64,000 bases of DNA from Octopus vulgaris (lineage: Eukaryota): positions 100,192,001 through 100,256,000 of the forward strand of contig OX597818.1 in NCBI GenBank assembly GCA_951406725.2, written 5' to 3'. The notes under the pieces were generated by a model. That model was not told the origin of the DNA and did no database searches. It saw only the letters and a program-made list of their open reading frames with translations. Positions 1 to 12,614 of the stretch are shown here, one piece after another. The position numbers and the translations under genes are program-made. The stretch's first letter is position 1; every line of letters starts with the position of its first letter.

Positions 1-106
1 TGAAGATTGCGAAACTCATGTCACGTGCCAAAAACTCAGGCTTAGTATTACTAACAAAAATATCATGTATGACATTTACTACTCGACATTTAGAAGCGTA
101 TGTGTG

Positions 107-143
<37 letters not shown>

Positions 144-146
<3 letters not shown>

Positions 147-316
147 TCGCTAGCAGCCACTACACATTCTTTTTTATCTTCTCTCCTTGTTTCTTTCTGT
201 GTCCCTTTCTGTGGAAGAGCGTAGGCTCGAAACGTTAAATACTTTTTCACTTCCCGAGCGTTATACTAATACACCAGCTGACTTCGTCTTTTGTTTTTTA
301 TTTGTGAATTCTCCCT
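144..316 (+). mobile_element. Short non-coding Penelope-like (pLTR-type) insert with hammerhead-like motif
   Basis: Flanked by (TA)n on both sides; contains CTGTGGA-A-GAGC-GTAG-GCTC-GAAA-CG-TT (209-236); homologous to the inverted copy at 42780-42968. Confidence 0.65.
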
Positions 317-372
317 ATATATATATATATGTGGAGTGTGTGTGTATATATATATATGTAATGTGTGTGTGT

Positions 373-420
<48 letters not shown>

Positions 421-1369
421 ATGTGTGTGTGTGTCTGTATGCTCGCCTGTAGGGATATTTGTGTTATTTCGGGAATAATGTCATGCCAGAAATTTCCTTA
501 TTCTAAAATTTGAAAACATTATCACAATCCTCTGCGTGGAAGGTTTCTTTACTGTAACGTCTGTTCAAGATAATTTTTGTGAGTGTACAGAATTAGTGTG
601 GAGGGTTGTGTAATGGATTTTATATGTAATATAAAAGGCAAATTGTGTGTCATAATGTGATGCATCGGATGGACCCGGAAATTATGTTAAGTGTATAGTC
701 GACTACATACATATTAATCTTACGAGGTGCTCGTGTGGTTTATCAAACAGTTCGATGTTCATCTTGTAGACCGACGGAGGATTGCTAACAGGCTTTCTTG
801 TATTGTATGTGCACGTGCCTGTTCACTATATGAATTTCAAATTTTGCTCTATAGATTTTGAATTATATATGAACACATGCAACATCAAAATAAAATATTT
901 TGCCTTTGCCGGTGAATATAAAATATTTATATTTGTAGTGCGATTGTGGTACATAAAACATTATATACCTTATCCTCCTCTACCTTTCTTCCTCACGCTC
1001 CCTTTCCTTTTCACTCTCTTCCTTCCCCCTCCTTCTACTTCTATAACTGTTCAGCATATGTTAGATTGGTGCAACTTTCTACTGCATCACCTGCTCCACC
1101 TCCGCATTGCTGGAGTGTGTGCAGCATTGTGTGTTCTTTTCTGCGGTTGGGAGTTTGCAAACACTTCCCGGTACTGTATTGTGTTAAAAACTTTTCTTGA
1201 GGTATGGTGCTGTATTTTGTTGTGTTGCCACTTGTATTGTGTGTTGAATATATAATGCATGTTTAACCAGGCTGCTGGTGGATGCTTATTTCACTGAGTA
1301 ATTGCAGTATAAAGTGTGTCTTGCATTTGCAGGTAACATTGACTAAGTTGTATTATTGAATTGATAACG

Positions 1370-1722
1370 TCTTCCGTAGGATGTTTAATGAAAGGTGGAT
1401 AAACGTCGCAAGAATGGCCAGTATGAAAGGAGCCATTCTGAGGATACACTTGTAATTAAAATGTATTACCAAAGGAGAAAGGGGCTCCCTACACCCCTTT
1501 TGACCAGGCTCCCTTTGGTTTTTATGGGGTTTTCCACCAGGTACCTTTCGTAACGCCTCCCCCTATTGGGAGTTTTTGGTTGTTATAATTTTTTTCGTTG
1601 TTACACTGTTTTTACACGTTTTTTTTTTACAAACGGACAAAACACTTTGTAACCTTTTGTCCTGTGTTTTGTCCCTCTATGTTTTAATTAATTTTTGTCA
1701 GCCCTTGTGGCCAATAGAAGAA
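1370..1722 (+). mobile_element. 3' end of a non-LTR retrotransposon (clade unassigned)
   Basis: Short reading-frame end (ERWINVARMASMKGAILRIHL*) followed by a T-rich UTR ending TGTCAGCCCTTGTGGCCAATAGAAGAA next to (ATT)n; the same tail occurs on SINEs at 55829 and 61427. Confidence 0.5.
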
Positions 1723-1725
1723 TTA

Positions 1726-1787
<62 letters not shown>

Positions 1788-1805
1788 CATTATTATTATT
1801 ATTAT
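1723..1805. repeat. (ATT)n microsatellite
   Basis: Direct reading of the sequence. Confidence 0.97.
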
Positions 1806-2205
1806 CTTTTGCCATTTTATAATTCCCGCTCCATAACGAAGAGACGATATCACCCACGTGTTAATTGCCAGGATTTTATTCCGGCCCGACAATTTTGAGA
1901 GAAGCACCAACCTCAGTCTTCAGAAATACCCCATCCTCAGTTGTTCTTTCATTTCCTTTTCCATTATCTCATTGAACTTCAGCACACCGAGGTGTTTGTG
2001 TCTATCTGTTTCAATTTCTTTAATCAAGTCTGTATTCGGTAATTCTGTCCCTGCTAGGGTCTGTACCCAGCCTATTTTTATGTAGATTATTCTGCATTTC
2101 TTGAGTCCAAATTCTCTTCTAATATCAGTACTAAAACGGTGCACCGTGTTCACCAAGGAACTCACTTGAGTATCATTTTTGCCATACAGTTTCAAATAAT
2201 CCATT
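1806..2205 (-). mobile_element. R4/Dong-clade LINE reverse transcriptase fragment (frameshifted)
   Basis: Minus ORFs give MDYLKLYGKN (YMDDLKLY-like), EFGLKKC, KHLGV and LSGRNKILAINTWVISSLRYGAGIIKW, typical of late RT domains/thumb of R4/Dong elements; bounded by (TAA)n on both sides. Confidence 0.85.
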
Positions 2206-2206
2206 A

Positions 2207-2249
<43 letters not shown>

Positions 2250-2251
<2 letters not shown>

Positions 2252-2690
2252 GAACGCACGCGTCCTGACACAATCGTCAGCACCCCGGGAAAAACTGATA
2301 GCGACATTTATTCTTATGTCTACATTCTAAGTTCAAATGAGACCGAAATCATCTATGCTCAACATAATTTCAGGGCCAATAAGACAAGCACCAGTCAGCA
2401 CATGGTTCTATTTAATCGGTTAGCAATCCCACCAAAAATACCAGGCTTTGTTCCTGCAGCAGGTGCAGTTATTTGGTTGAATCACTGAACAGCTCGAGTG
2501 ATACAAAATGATTTGCCTTGAGGAATCCAGAGTTTTATCTTGACTTCAAAACCCCGCAAGAATCAACTTTAACATTACATCTCCCTACCATCAATAAATA
2601 AACTACCAATGAAAGTGTGGGATCAGTGTCCCGATTATTCACTTTACCCAGGAAATTGTTAGCATTTTGCTTTCATCAGGGATTGTCATT
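2250..2690 (+). mobile_element. Two highly decayed tandem SINE copies (type D)
   Basis: Residual similarity to the type D SINE at 55829-56070 (ATCGTCAGCAC...TTCTAAGTTCAAAT...AAGCACCAGT). Confidence 0.4.
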
Positions 2691-2889
2691 AGTGTTTTGT
2701 AATTCGTCCTTTTATATTAACTTGAATGTCTAGTGCCCTTGCGATCAATGAAAGATATCACAACCACCATCACCATAAGTGTCGTTCTTGTAAATATTAT
2801 TTTCACATACACTCAACAGATTAGACTACTGGAAAGAATATTAACAACAAGCTACAAGTAGTCTTAGATACCAAGAACCCTCCTGTTGG

Positions 2890-2995
2890 GTTACAGCAAG
2901 TAACCTTGGATGCCAAGAACCCTGCTAAATATCCTAGCTGTCCCGAATAACACTCCTTTCTTGAGCTATATACTCTTAAGGGGACGCTTCCTTGT
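2890..2995 (-). mobile_element. R4/Dong-type LINE ORF C-terminus / 3' end
   Basis: Minus strand reads VLFGTARIFSRVLGIQGYLL*, matching the LLGTARILRRVL-type end of RLE-bearing LINEs; abuts (ATT)n. Confidence 0.6.
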
Positions 2996-2996
2996 G

Positions 2997-2999
<3 letters not shown>

Positions 3000-3065
<66 letters not shown>

Positions 3066-3352
3066 CATTATAGACATCGCACGGTATACAATAATTAGAG
3101 GTTCTTGATTGAAGAAATTGTATCTACAGGGGGTTTGTACTGTTTGAAAAGTCACAACAAGGACCTCAAACAGACAGTACTTTACGCAATGTGCGTCCAT
3201 TTCCAAGTAATGCCGACTTTTGCAATACATGTAGATTGTAGGGTATCACTAAGCGATGACTTTTGTTCAGATTGGGTGGTATTGGACTCAATGCTCCGAT
3301 GACATTAGAGATAAGCATTATGTTCGACTCACATAGCTGACTCATCTTAGCG

Positions 3353-3384
<32 letters not shown>

Positions 3385-3650
3385 TATATTATTATTATTA
3401 TTATTACCATTATATTATTATTATTATTATTATCATCATTATTTTTATTAGCATTATTATTATTATTATTATAATTTGTATTATTATTATTATTATTATT
3501 ATTATTAGCATTATTATTATTATTATTATTATAATTAGCATTACATTATTATTATTATTAGCATTATTATTATTATTATTAGCATTATTATTCTTATTGG
3601 CATTATTATTATCATCATCATCATTTGTAGTGGTAGTAGTAGTAGTAGTA
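3000..3650. repeat. Compound (ATT)n/(ATC)n/(AGT)n microsatellite field, interrupted by a LINE fragment
   Basis: Direct reading of the sequence. Confidence 0.95.
3095..3345 (-). mobile_element. R4/Dong-type LINE 3' end (end of RLE domain plus UTR)
   Basis: Minus ORF VIGALSPIP...LQKSALLGNGRTLRKVLSV*; embedded in (TAA)n. Confidence 0.8.
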
Positions 3651-5258
3651 ATATCGGCAGGTTTTGTTGTTATTGTTGCTTTGGGATTATTAACATTAAT
3701 ATTGTTTCAATTCTTTTTTTATATAATTTTGCGGTTCTAATTTTTTTGTGGTTTATAAAAACATGTATGCTTCAAATAATCATCGCCGTACACAAACGTA
3801 TACGTCAAATGTGTATGTAGTTATGTATGTTCTATTATCAGGATATCAATAAACATATGAATATATGAATATATTGAATTTAGGCGCACTGTTATAGAAA
3901 TTTCATACGAACGTATATACATACATGCATACGTGTACACATTTATACATACATAATATATTGTGTGTATATTGATATGTTCGCTCTAAGCAAATAAATT
4001 TTACATATAATTCACGCAGATACTTAAATTGCACATGGACATTAAAATGAAAGTGAAAGTAAGAAAAATAGCAAGGGAGAAAGAAACGGTATGTAAAGAA
4101 AGATTGAGAAATAGGAAAGATAGATTTATGAGAAATTCATACACTGGGATTTTAAATGCCGGATGTATGTGTTATATAAATATATTCATGTGTATATGCG
4201 TATGCCCTTATGAGTGTATATGTATAAGTGTGTCAAAAATATAATGTGTAATTGTAGTGTGTGATATAAGCTGTGCGAAACACAATAACCATAAAGTACT
4301 GAGAACGACAATAAATTATGTATGTGTGCGTGTGCGTGAAGAGAGCGAGTGGGAGAGTGAGATAGCGAGAGAGACGGGCGGAAGAGAAAGAGATAGGCAG
4401 GATGTTGTATAAAGAGATCGAAAGATAGATATACAAGAAGGATTAGATGAAGAGATTAGATATATAGATACCTTGATATCTCGTTAGGTAGATAGATATA
4501 TACATAAACAGGAAGCGTGTGTGATACAGAACATCCCATATAATATGTGATAAACGTTGGGCAAAAAACACAACGAGTGATATCTATCTATATGGGTGTG
4601 GATGTATGTGAATGTGCGTACATGTTACTTCTTGTAAGTGTGTGAGTGTGAAGGAGAGAGAGTAAGGCTGTGTGCTGAATGTATGTATATGCCTCTATGT
4701 ATGAAGGGAAAACGGTCATGGGATAGGATTATGGAGAAAGAAAATATGAAATCAAGGAATCGAATGAGAGGAATATGATAGAATAAGAATAAGCAAGATG
4801 GACGAAGGCGGGGAGCTGAAGAGAAGACGTAAGGAAAGAAGGGTAGTTCTTAAAGAGAAAGACATGTTATAATTTAAATGCCTTTATGTCGGTGTCGCTG
4901 GGGAATATATTTTGATGTTCTCCCTGAAATATGGAAGGAAGTCAAAATGAAAGCAAACAAGGTACAATAGAAGCAGGGTAATAAATAAATAATGCAGGAA
5001 GAGAAATAATAAAACATAAAATTGAAAAAGAAAGGGAAAATTTCAATTTTAAATTATTTTTCTATTTCCCTCTGAAATATTTCCATTTTTTGTTGTATTT
5101 TGCTTTTAATTCTTCCTATGTGTTTTCGGATGATATTTTTCATCTTTTTATCTGTCAGTTTTTCTTTTTGTTATTTGGCTTTGTTTGTTTTTTTGTTGAG
5201 TTCACAACACCTTTGGTGCTTTCCTGTCTTGTTCTATCTTTTATTTCTTCTCAGCTAT

Positions 5259-5298
<40 letters not shown>

Positions 5299-5459
5299 CC
5301 TCTCAGAACAAATTGTTCCTCTTGTAATAAATCTGAGTGGGAATCCAATGTAGATTTATTCAGCGAACTATTTATTTAGCTATAAATGTACATGAATAAC
5401 GTAAACACGAATAGATATTTATATTGCCATAAATATACATACGAAACGGAATAATTGTT

Positions 5460-5491
<32 letters not shown>

Positions 5492-5779
5492 TTTGTTACA
5501 CACACAACTCACAACAAACCAAGTGGAGCACTACCTCGAGTAATATTTACAACCGGAACAGCTATAACCACCAACACTACAATCATAACCAACACTTTCA
5601 CTACAATGACGACCACCACTATAACCACTAGAAACAAAGCAGCCACAACTTATTGGAATCCTCAAAGGGAATGTTGGGAGCCATTTTCATTCATCTCACG
5701 AAGAACGTATAAAATGTAGCAGCCGACAAAATACGACGATCGCGTGACTTGAAGACCTAAAGCCATACATAGAAACGCA

Positions 5780-5913
<134 letters not shown>

Positions 5914-8900
5914 ACTTTGTCTGCCTCTGTTGGACACTGTCCTTTACGAATGCCTTTTCGCATTTATTTTATTGCGGTTTATGATTATATTTGTTGGCAT
6001 AACGATGTTGACTGTGTGGTCTATTAATATTTCTAGAACAGTCATGTCTTTCATTTGGTGGCGGTGGTGGTTTTAGAGGAATCTATAGTTGTTTTTTTTT
6101 ATATAGCCAGCAGCAACATCTTTGCCATTGTGTTATAGTTTTACTAATACCTGTATCGTGTATGTGTGTGTTTGAATGCTTATGAGCACTCATGAGTACA
6201 ATTGAAAACATGCAGTATACTGTGAAGCCAACGTTAACAAAATGTGCACCATAACAGGTTAAGCTGCTGAGGAGAGTTGCTATACATCCAGTACGACGAA
6301 ATGAAAGCCTTTCAAAATGCTGTGAGAGCCGAATATGGGTTATTTGTATATATTGCTATATGTGGATCGTAATGTGGCCCTCAGAATGTGTTGTGTGGAC
6401 GCCCCCAGGCGTTGAAGTAGGCTAGCCCAATACGTGGATAGATAGGGAGAAGCCCAGACGTCAGCAGTGGAGTCGTAGAGAGAGTAGAAGCAGTAAGAGT
6501 CGAGTAGACCAGAACAGAATAGAGTTGAGTAGTAGAGGCATCCGAACGTGCGCCATACCGGGAATGTACACGGCAAGTTAAACGAGTGCACTAGTAGATA
6601 ATGGTATATACACAAATACTAAAACTGGGTTACTTTTCTGGAACTTGCTAAGTAAATGATAGATATCATTTTCTTATCCGAGTCTCATTTTGGCTTTTTG
6701 CTAAAGTTTAAATATACTGAAATAAGTTGTTGCTACAATATTAAGCGTAGGAAAGCTGATAATCTGACAACACTTTTGAAATGAGTTTTCCATTTGGAAG
6801 ATGATTATTCAGGTTATTCATAGTCCGATATCTATGTCTATATCTCTAAAATGTGGTCAGACCTTCGACGCTTCTCGTTGCACATGTACTAAAAATAAAA
6901 TATTCTGATGAACATAACATTCTGATTTCGGATCGAATAAAAAACATTATCTGAAATATTCCATTGGAGATAAAGAAAAAATATCGGGGACTTGATTCAA
7001 GAGGTAAGGTTGTTCATAAGTTTTGTACAAAATAATTTGAAGAACAATAACCAAGAATTTTCAACATTTACAAAGATGAAAGAGATAAAGGAAATCTCTA
7101 TTATACCAATTCTGAGAAGATAATGATTTTTGATAAGAAATTGTTACCAAATAAGATGTCTCGAATAACCAAGTGTACCAAAAGTTTGCTTCGACGATAA
7201 TATTCAAATAAAAGATATATTATCTATACAAAAATATCCACAATCGCTACTCCGTGAAAGTTAAAATTAATCCAATATAAAATTGTCACAGATTCAGAAG
7301 TAGATGAAATGTATGAAAAATAGTAGGATAATGCTAAGCGGTGGGTCATCCTTTTTTTTTAGCAAGTTGATGATGTTAAAGGGATTTATCAAATTTCAAT
7401 TAATATTAAAGATCTCCGCTTACAATTAGGAATAGTTGAAAAATAAACATTAGATTCAAATACAAAACTTTAACGACAATAGAATACTTTGGCAGAATAT
7501 TAAAAGTATTTCAGCATTGATTTTTTAAAAAGCTCATTCAGCATTTTTCGAAAGAAGCACTTTCCTGTCATTCTTTAGGCCATAATTTATCAAGTACAAA
7601 ATTATACAATGTGTTCTCCTTTATAAAAAAGCGTAGATAATGATTGCAACTTCAGGTCATGCCATCGCTTAGAGAGTCATTTATTGCTTTAGCTAAGCTT
7701 TGTTAATACAGCTGTGTGGATTCAGTGATTGTAAACCTTTGCCAAATAATAGCATTATCGTTGATACATTTATGTTGTGTGTATATAAACAGGCAGAGGG
7801 TTGATGTAAAATTATTTTACATAAAATCAAACTTATTTGGAACGGTGTATTAACAACCAGCCAATAAAGATATTACTTGTTACTCTATATGCCAAGTGTT
7901 TCTTAATCAGCTGTATACTAAGTTTCATGAGATCTACTTCGTTCTCTCACTGTCTTCAGTTTTACCTCAGATCAATATTCCCTGCGTGATTAACGTGACT
8001 ACACATCTCCCTACACAGAAAATATACTATTTTGTTGTGTGATTACGGAAATCATTAATGATTAAACTTTGACTCTTCAAACAGAACAGTGAACCGCTAA
8101 TACAATTTATGTTTCATCAATATTCAAATTATTCATTGAATACCGTTGCCAACTTAATCCGTAGCTTTCCAAGAGTTCTATAGCTACAGCATTGTAATTT
8201 TACTTATCTTTATAGTTTTAGACATGCTACCAATAACTTATAATGATTACCATAATTTTTTTTTCATATTGCGTTAAAATTATACTATTTGTTCTGGTCT
8301 AAGAATGTAAACGACTATACTGAAAAGTTAATACAAGTCTATGATAGAATAAGCAAGTTAGTGTTTTGAACAGCCTCATATTAGGCCTGTCATTTATGCG
8401 AAACTAACAGAAATTTTATGTTCAGTGTTTCTTTGGTTCCTCGCATTTATTGAATGTCGTGAAAGAAACTTTAAATATCACAACGGGTATGTTTTACTAA
8501 ACAGACATTTTAAGTATTGCTGTGAAGACTATTTAAAAGGCATTATACAATGAATAATCATGAACTTTATACTCGTATCATAACCATAAATGTACATTCA
8601 AAATATTGGGTACATTTATAACGATTTCGATACGAATATTACTCTCTCGGATTACACGTAATGTCTCAATAAAGTCAAATACACTCTATAGTCTAATACT
8701 TTGACTCTAAACCTATTATATTAGATTCATTCTGATCAATTATACCAAGCAACAAAATACATTACTATCTACTTAACAACACAAAGGATATTTAACCAGA
8801 CGATTGATATATTGACGGGTACGATATTTCTATTATATATGTGCGTATGTAAGTGTGTGTGTGTATGTCTATGTCTAAAATTATTCTTTATTTCAGTTTT

Positions 8901-10539
8901 ATTTACCTAGTGAAACTTTTACTTTTCCGGAAAAAAGAGACTTGCCCGACCAATTTTTTAATTAAAAAACAAAATCACAAAAAAAATGATCTCATTTACT
9001 TATCCAGTTTTAGTTTTTAAAAAAATAAATCCCGACGATACTTTTAATTGAAGGGCATCGCGATTTATGTACCATGGGTAACATTACCCCAAACAACTAC
9101 TAATAGCAAAATTTAAATAAGTTAAAAGCATTTTAAGCAATCCTGTATTAAACATTTCAAGCGCTACTTAATATATTTGAGTCAAACCATTACAGAGACA
9201 AAATCTATTAAAAATAATTAGGCATTAAAGCTTTACATATGTAGATATAATCACCTATATAATTATCATACCCTACCATATTTTAATTTAAATCTCCAGT
9301 TGTGCTGGAATTTTCCAGAAATATTTCCAATGCGTTAAAACAAAACATATAAATTTTTATGTTCGCATTGTATTCATGAGAGTTTTGAATTCAATTAAAA
9401 TGTGGATGTCGAGTTAAATTACGGCATTTTATGAGAATTCGTACTTTCCTTGTCAGAATATTTGCAAATTTAAATAAAGGATGACACGAGAAATGACATT
9501 ATAATGATTTATTTCGACTGCTGCTTCTGATTTGGCTTGTTAAATCACCTAACAATTATCACATAATTTAGTAGAGCACATTTACGTTTTTTCTTCTATT
9601 TTTTTGCTTGTTTTTGTATTCTGTTTAACAATATTTAAGATAAGGCATGGAAATATTGGTCAAAAATATTTCCAAAACTGTGGCAGCTACAACTTTATAG
9701 TGCTTCAAGAAGTAATTCCAACGACCTCATAACATTTATCTGGTATTAATCTTGTTTTAAGATGAATGAGGGATAAATTTAATTTTAGCTTCGTTGGTCG
9801 TAAAATCTAACACATTTTTTAAAGGAAGTATGTGGAACAAAAATCTACTGGCTATTATATACTATCGGTGAGAAACATTAATTTCTATTATTTGTAAAAC
9901 GCTACACATTTATCACTGTGTATTGAGGCTATAATTAAATGAAAAGTCTACTGGTTAACATTGTATATGCATTTAAGACACCGTGTCTAGAGCAAGACAT
10001 CCTAATGTCTATTTTCTTCATATTTTAAGTCTGCAGATTGTGATTCTAAAAATATTTTGGTGACTCTTTCTGGCAGATGGTGCTAACATGTAAAAGCACA
10101 CATCTAGTCTTAAGGGGATATTTCTATCATATCGCTTGTTGAATTGCCTTCTCACAGATAATGTACAAGAAGAAATTCTATTACTGGCGTCTTCAACTTG
10201 TTTTATATTTCTAGAATTATTAAAGAGCCTTTCATGATTTGATATCTCAACAATCTATCAACTCGCTGTCACTTCTCTAGCTCAAATTATACATCTATCA
10301 CTGTAAATATGTATGTGTGTGTTTGTGAGTGTGTATGGATGTGTCAAAACTGAAAACTGCAGCACATCATGGAGGAAAAATGATGAGAAAGAACCTGGAT
10401 ATTAACCAATATACAGAGATGATTCACAAGGTATACAAATCTTGACCAACGTAATTAACACAGTAAGTATAGTTATACTTCTAGCAGATTAATTCAGAAT
10501 TATACACAACACATATGCAAATGTGCTTATATATATATA

Positions 10540-10805
10540 CCTCGAACCCACAAGAGTAAACAAGAGAGACAGAGACAGGCAGAAACAAGGAAAATGCCAC
10601 CTGTATTTGAACACTATGCAAATATTATTTTTAAAAACTTTTCTTTTAATTTTTCCAAAATTTAATTGTTTTCCATACTTACAGCTGAAAGAGTCTCAAT
10701 GACTGAAACCGGTACTGAAATGTTTATTTATAAAATTATTTTAGCATTTTCTTTCTTGACATTTTTTCCATATATGTCAACTTGTGTGTCCTTTTCAAAC
10801 TTCTT
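10540..10805 (+). mobile_element. Short Penelope-like insert with degenerate hammerhead-like motif
   Basis: CAG-CTGAAAG-AGTC-TCAAT-GACT-GAAA-CCGG-TA-CTG at 10682-10717; lies between (TA)n and (CA)n(TA)n. Confidence 0.5.
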
Positions 10806-10875
<70 letters not shown>

Positions 10876-11001
10876 CAACTGTTGAAGGTTCGTTGTTTAT
10901 GTATTCAACACTTTTGTTCTCGTATTTCATGTTGTTTACGGTTTGTGACGTCCTCTATATATGTGTGTATGCATATATATGTGTGTATGTGTGTACATAT
11001 A

Positions 11002-11036
<35 letters not shown>

Positions 11037-11040
<4 letters not shown>

Positions 11041-11220
11041 TTTACATAAATAAATAACGTGAAATACACGAAGGGACGAACAAAAAGACAAACGGGTCAT
11101 TCAAAGCCTTCATTCTTCAGTCAGAAACTGATCCCTCATCGCCGATTTCGGCTGTTTAATTCTGAGATCCGCTCTGAATCAGCCAGCCACAGAAGGAAAG
11201 AATGCAACGCAACAGAGACG

Positions 11221-11223
<3 letters not shown>
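11037..11223 (-). mobile_element. Short (TA)n-embedded insert, probably Penelope-like terminal repeat
   Basis: Bounded by (TA)n; absent from the duplicated copy at 17165-17459; the minus strand has GGCTG...CAGCC-GAAA but no intact CTGANGA in the expected place. Confidence 0.4.
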
Positions 11224-11252
<29 letters not shown>

Positions 11253-12429
11253 CGAGGGGCGTTCAATAAGTAATGACCCTGAGCCACTTGTCATAGGAGT
11301 AGAGCAACGAAACTTGGCACAGTTATTAGTCTTTTTCTACATAGGAACCACCCAAAGTTACGCATTTCTCCCAGCATTTGATGCAGCTCTGGAGACCGTT
11401 TTTGTAGAAGACTCCAACCACGACGTGACTTCAGAAATCAAGGCTGCATCATCTGGGAAATGCTTTCCTTTCAAAAACAACTTCATGGCTGGGAAAAGGT
11501 GAAAATTAGAGGGTGCAAGGTCAGGAGAGTAGGGGGGATGGGGGAGGAGTTCATAGCCGCACGCCTGTGCTTCTGATCTGGCGACACGCGAGTAGTGGAC
11601 CGGAGCGTTGTCTTGCAGGAGGAGGATGCCTTTGCTGATCTTGCCCCGCCTCTTGATTTTGATAGCTTCTCTAAATTTCCTCAAAAGTGAAGCATAATAG
11701 GCTCCTGTCATTGTGGTACCCTTTGCCAGGAAATCTGTCATCACTACTCCGTCCTGGTGCCAGAAGACTGCACCCTTGCCTTCTTTGGAGGAGGTGAGTC
11801 ACTGTGCTTCCACTGCATTGACTAGGCTTTGTCTCTGGATCATAGTGATGGACCCAGGTTTCATCCTGTGTAATCAGTCTTTTGAAAAAAGTTTGACTCA
11901 TCTTCTTGGCACATCTCCAAATTCATCCTCGAGCACTCGACGCGGTTCTTGTTTCTGGAAAGGTGTGAGCAACCTAGGAATCCATCTGGCAGACACCTTT
12001 TCCATATGCAAATGGCCATGAATGATAGTTTCCACAGACCCGGTACTAATATTGACCTCACGGGCTATTTGGCGAATAGTTATGCGTCGATCTTCCAAAA
12101 TGGCAGCCTCAACTTGACGGACATATGCCTCATTAATGGCAGAAGGCCATATGATGGGGCATCATCACCATAAGTTACTTTCATTTCATCAAACGTCTCC
12201 AGTGGTGTGCGTCCTTTCAAATACAAAAACCGGATCACTGCTCGACACTCAACAGGCTCCATTTCACACTTGACTCAGTCCAAACACCTGTAAATCAGAA
12301 ACCACAATTTGTTCTGAGCTGTAATTTGCCACTTAATCTATAGAGATATCAATAATTGCACATGCAAATTTTCAGCTAGATCAAATAATTGCAAGTGGGT
12401 CAGAGGCATTACTTATTGAACGTCCCTCG
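11253..12429 (-). mobile_element. Mariner (Tc1/mariner, DD34D-type) transposon, internally deleted and frameshifted
   Basis: About 38-bp imperfect TIRs (CGAGGGGCGTTCAATAAGTAATG... / ...CATTACTTATTGAACGTCCCTCG), TA on both sides; transposase pieces across ORFs 12262-11358: N-terminal HTH, WIPRLL, ITQDETW, LLQDNAPVH, HPPYSPDLAPSNFHLF. Confidence 0.96.
11300..12262 (-). pseudogene. Mariner transposase pseudogene
   Basis: Split over five overlapping minus ORFs; third catalytic Asp (YSPDLAPSD) is replaced by Asn. Confidence 0.92.
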
Positions 12430-12524
12430 TATATATGAACATGTATATATTATTATATTGTTATTTGATTGAACGCCACGCATCCATTTCCAAGTAAGTT
12501 TATATATCTATCTATCTATTTATG

Positions 12525-12583
<59 letters not shown>

Positions 12584-12614
12584 TTATGTATCTGTCTATC
12601 TGTAAATGTATATG

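Noticed and set aside
6267-6314. CTGAGGA...GTTG/CGAC-GAAA hammerhead look-alike
   Set aside because: Two extra bases before helix II, no TH after the candidate helix III and no helix I partner.
6361-6770. Possible solo LTR (TG...CA)
   Set aside because: No matching TSD, second LTR, PBS or PPT could be identified.
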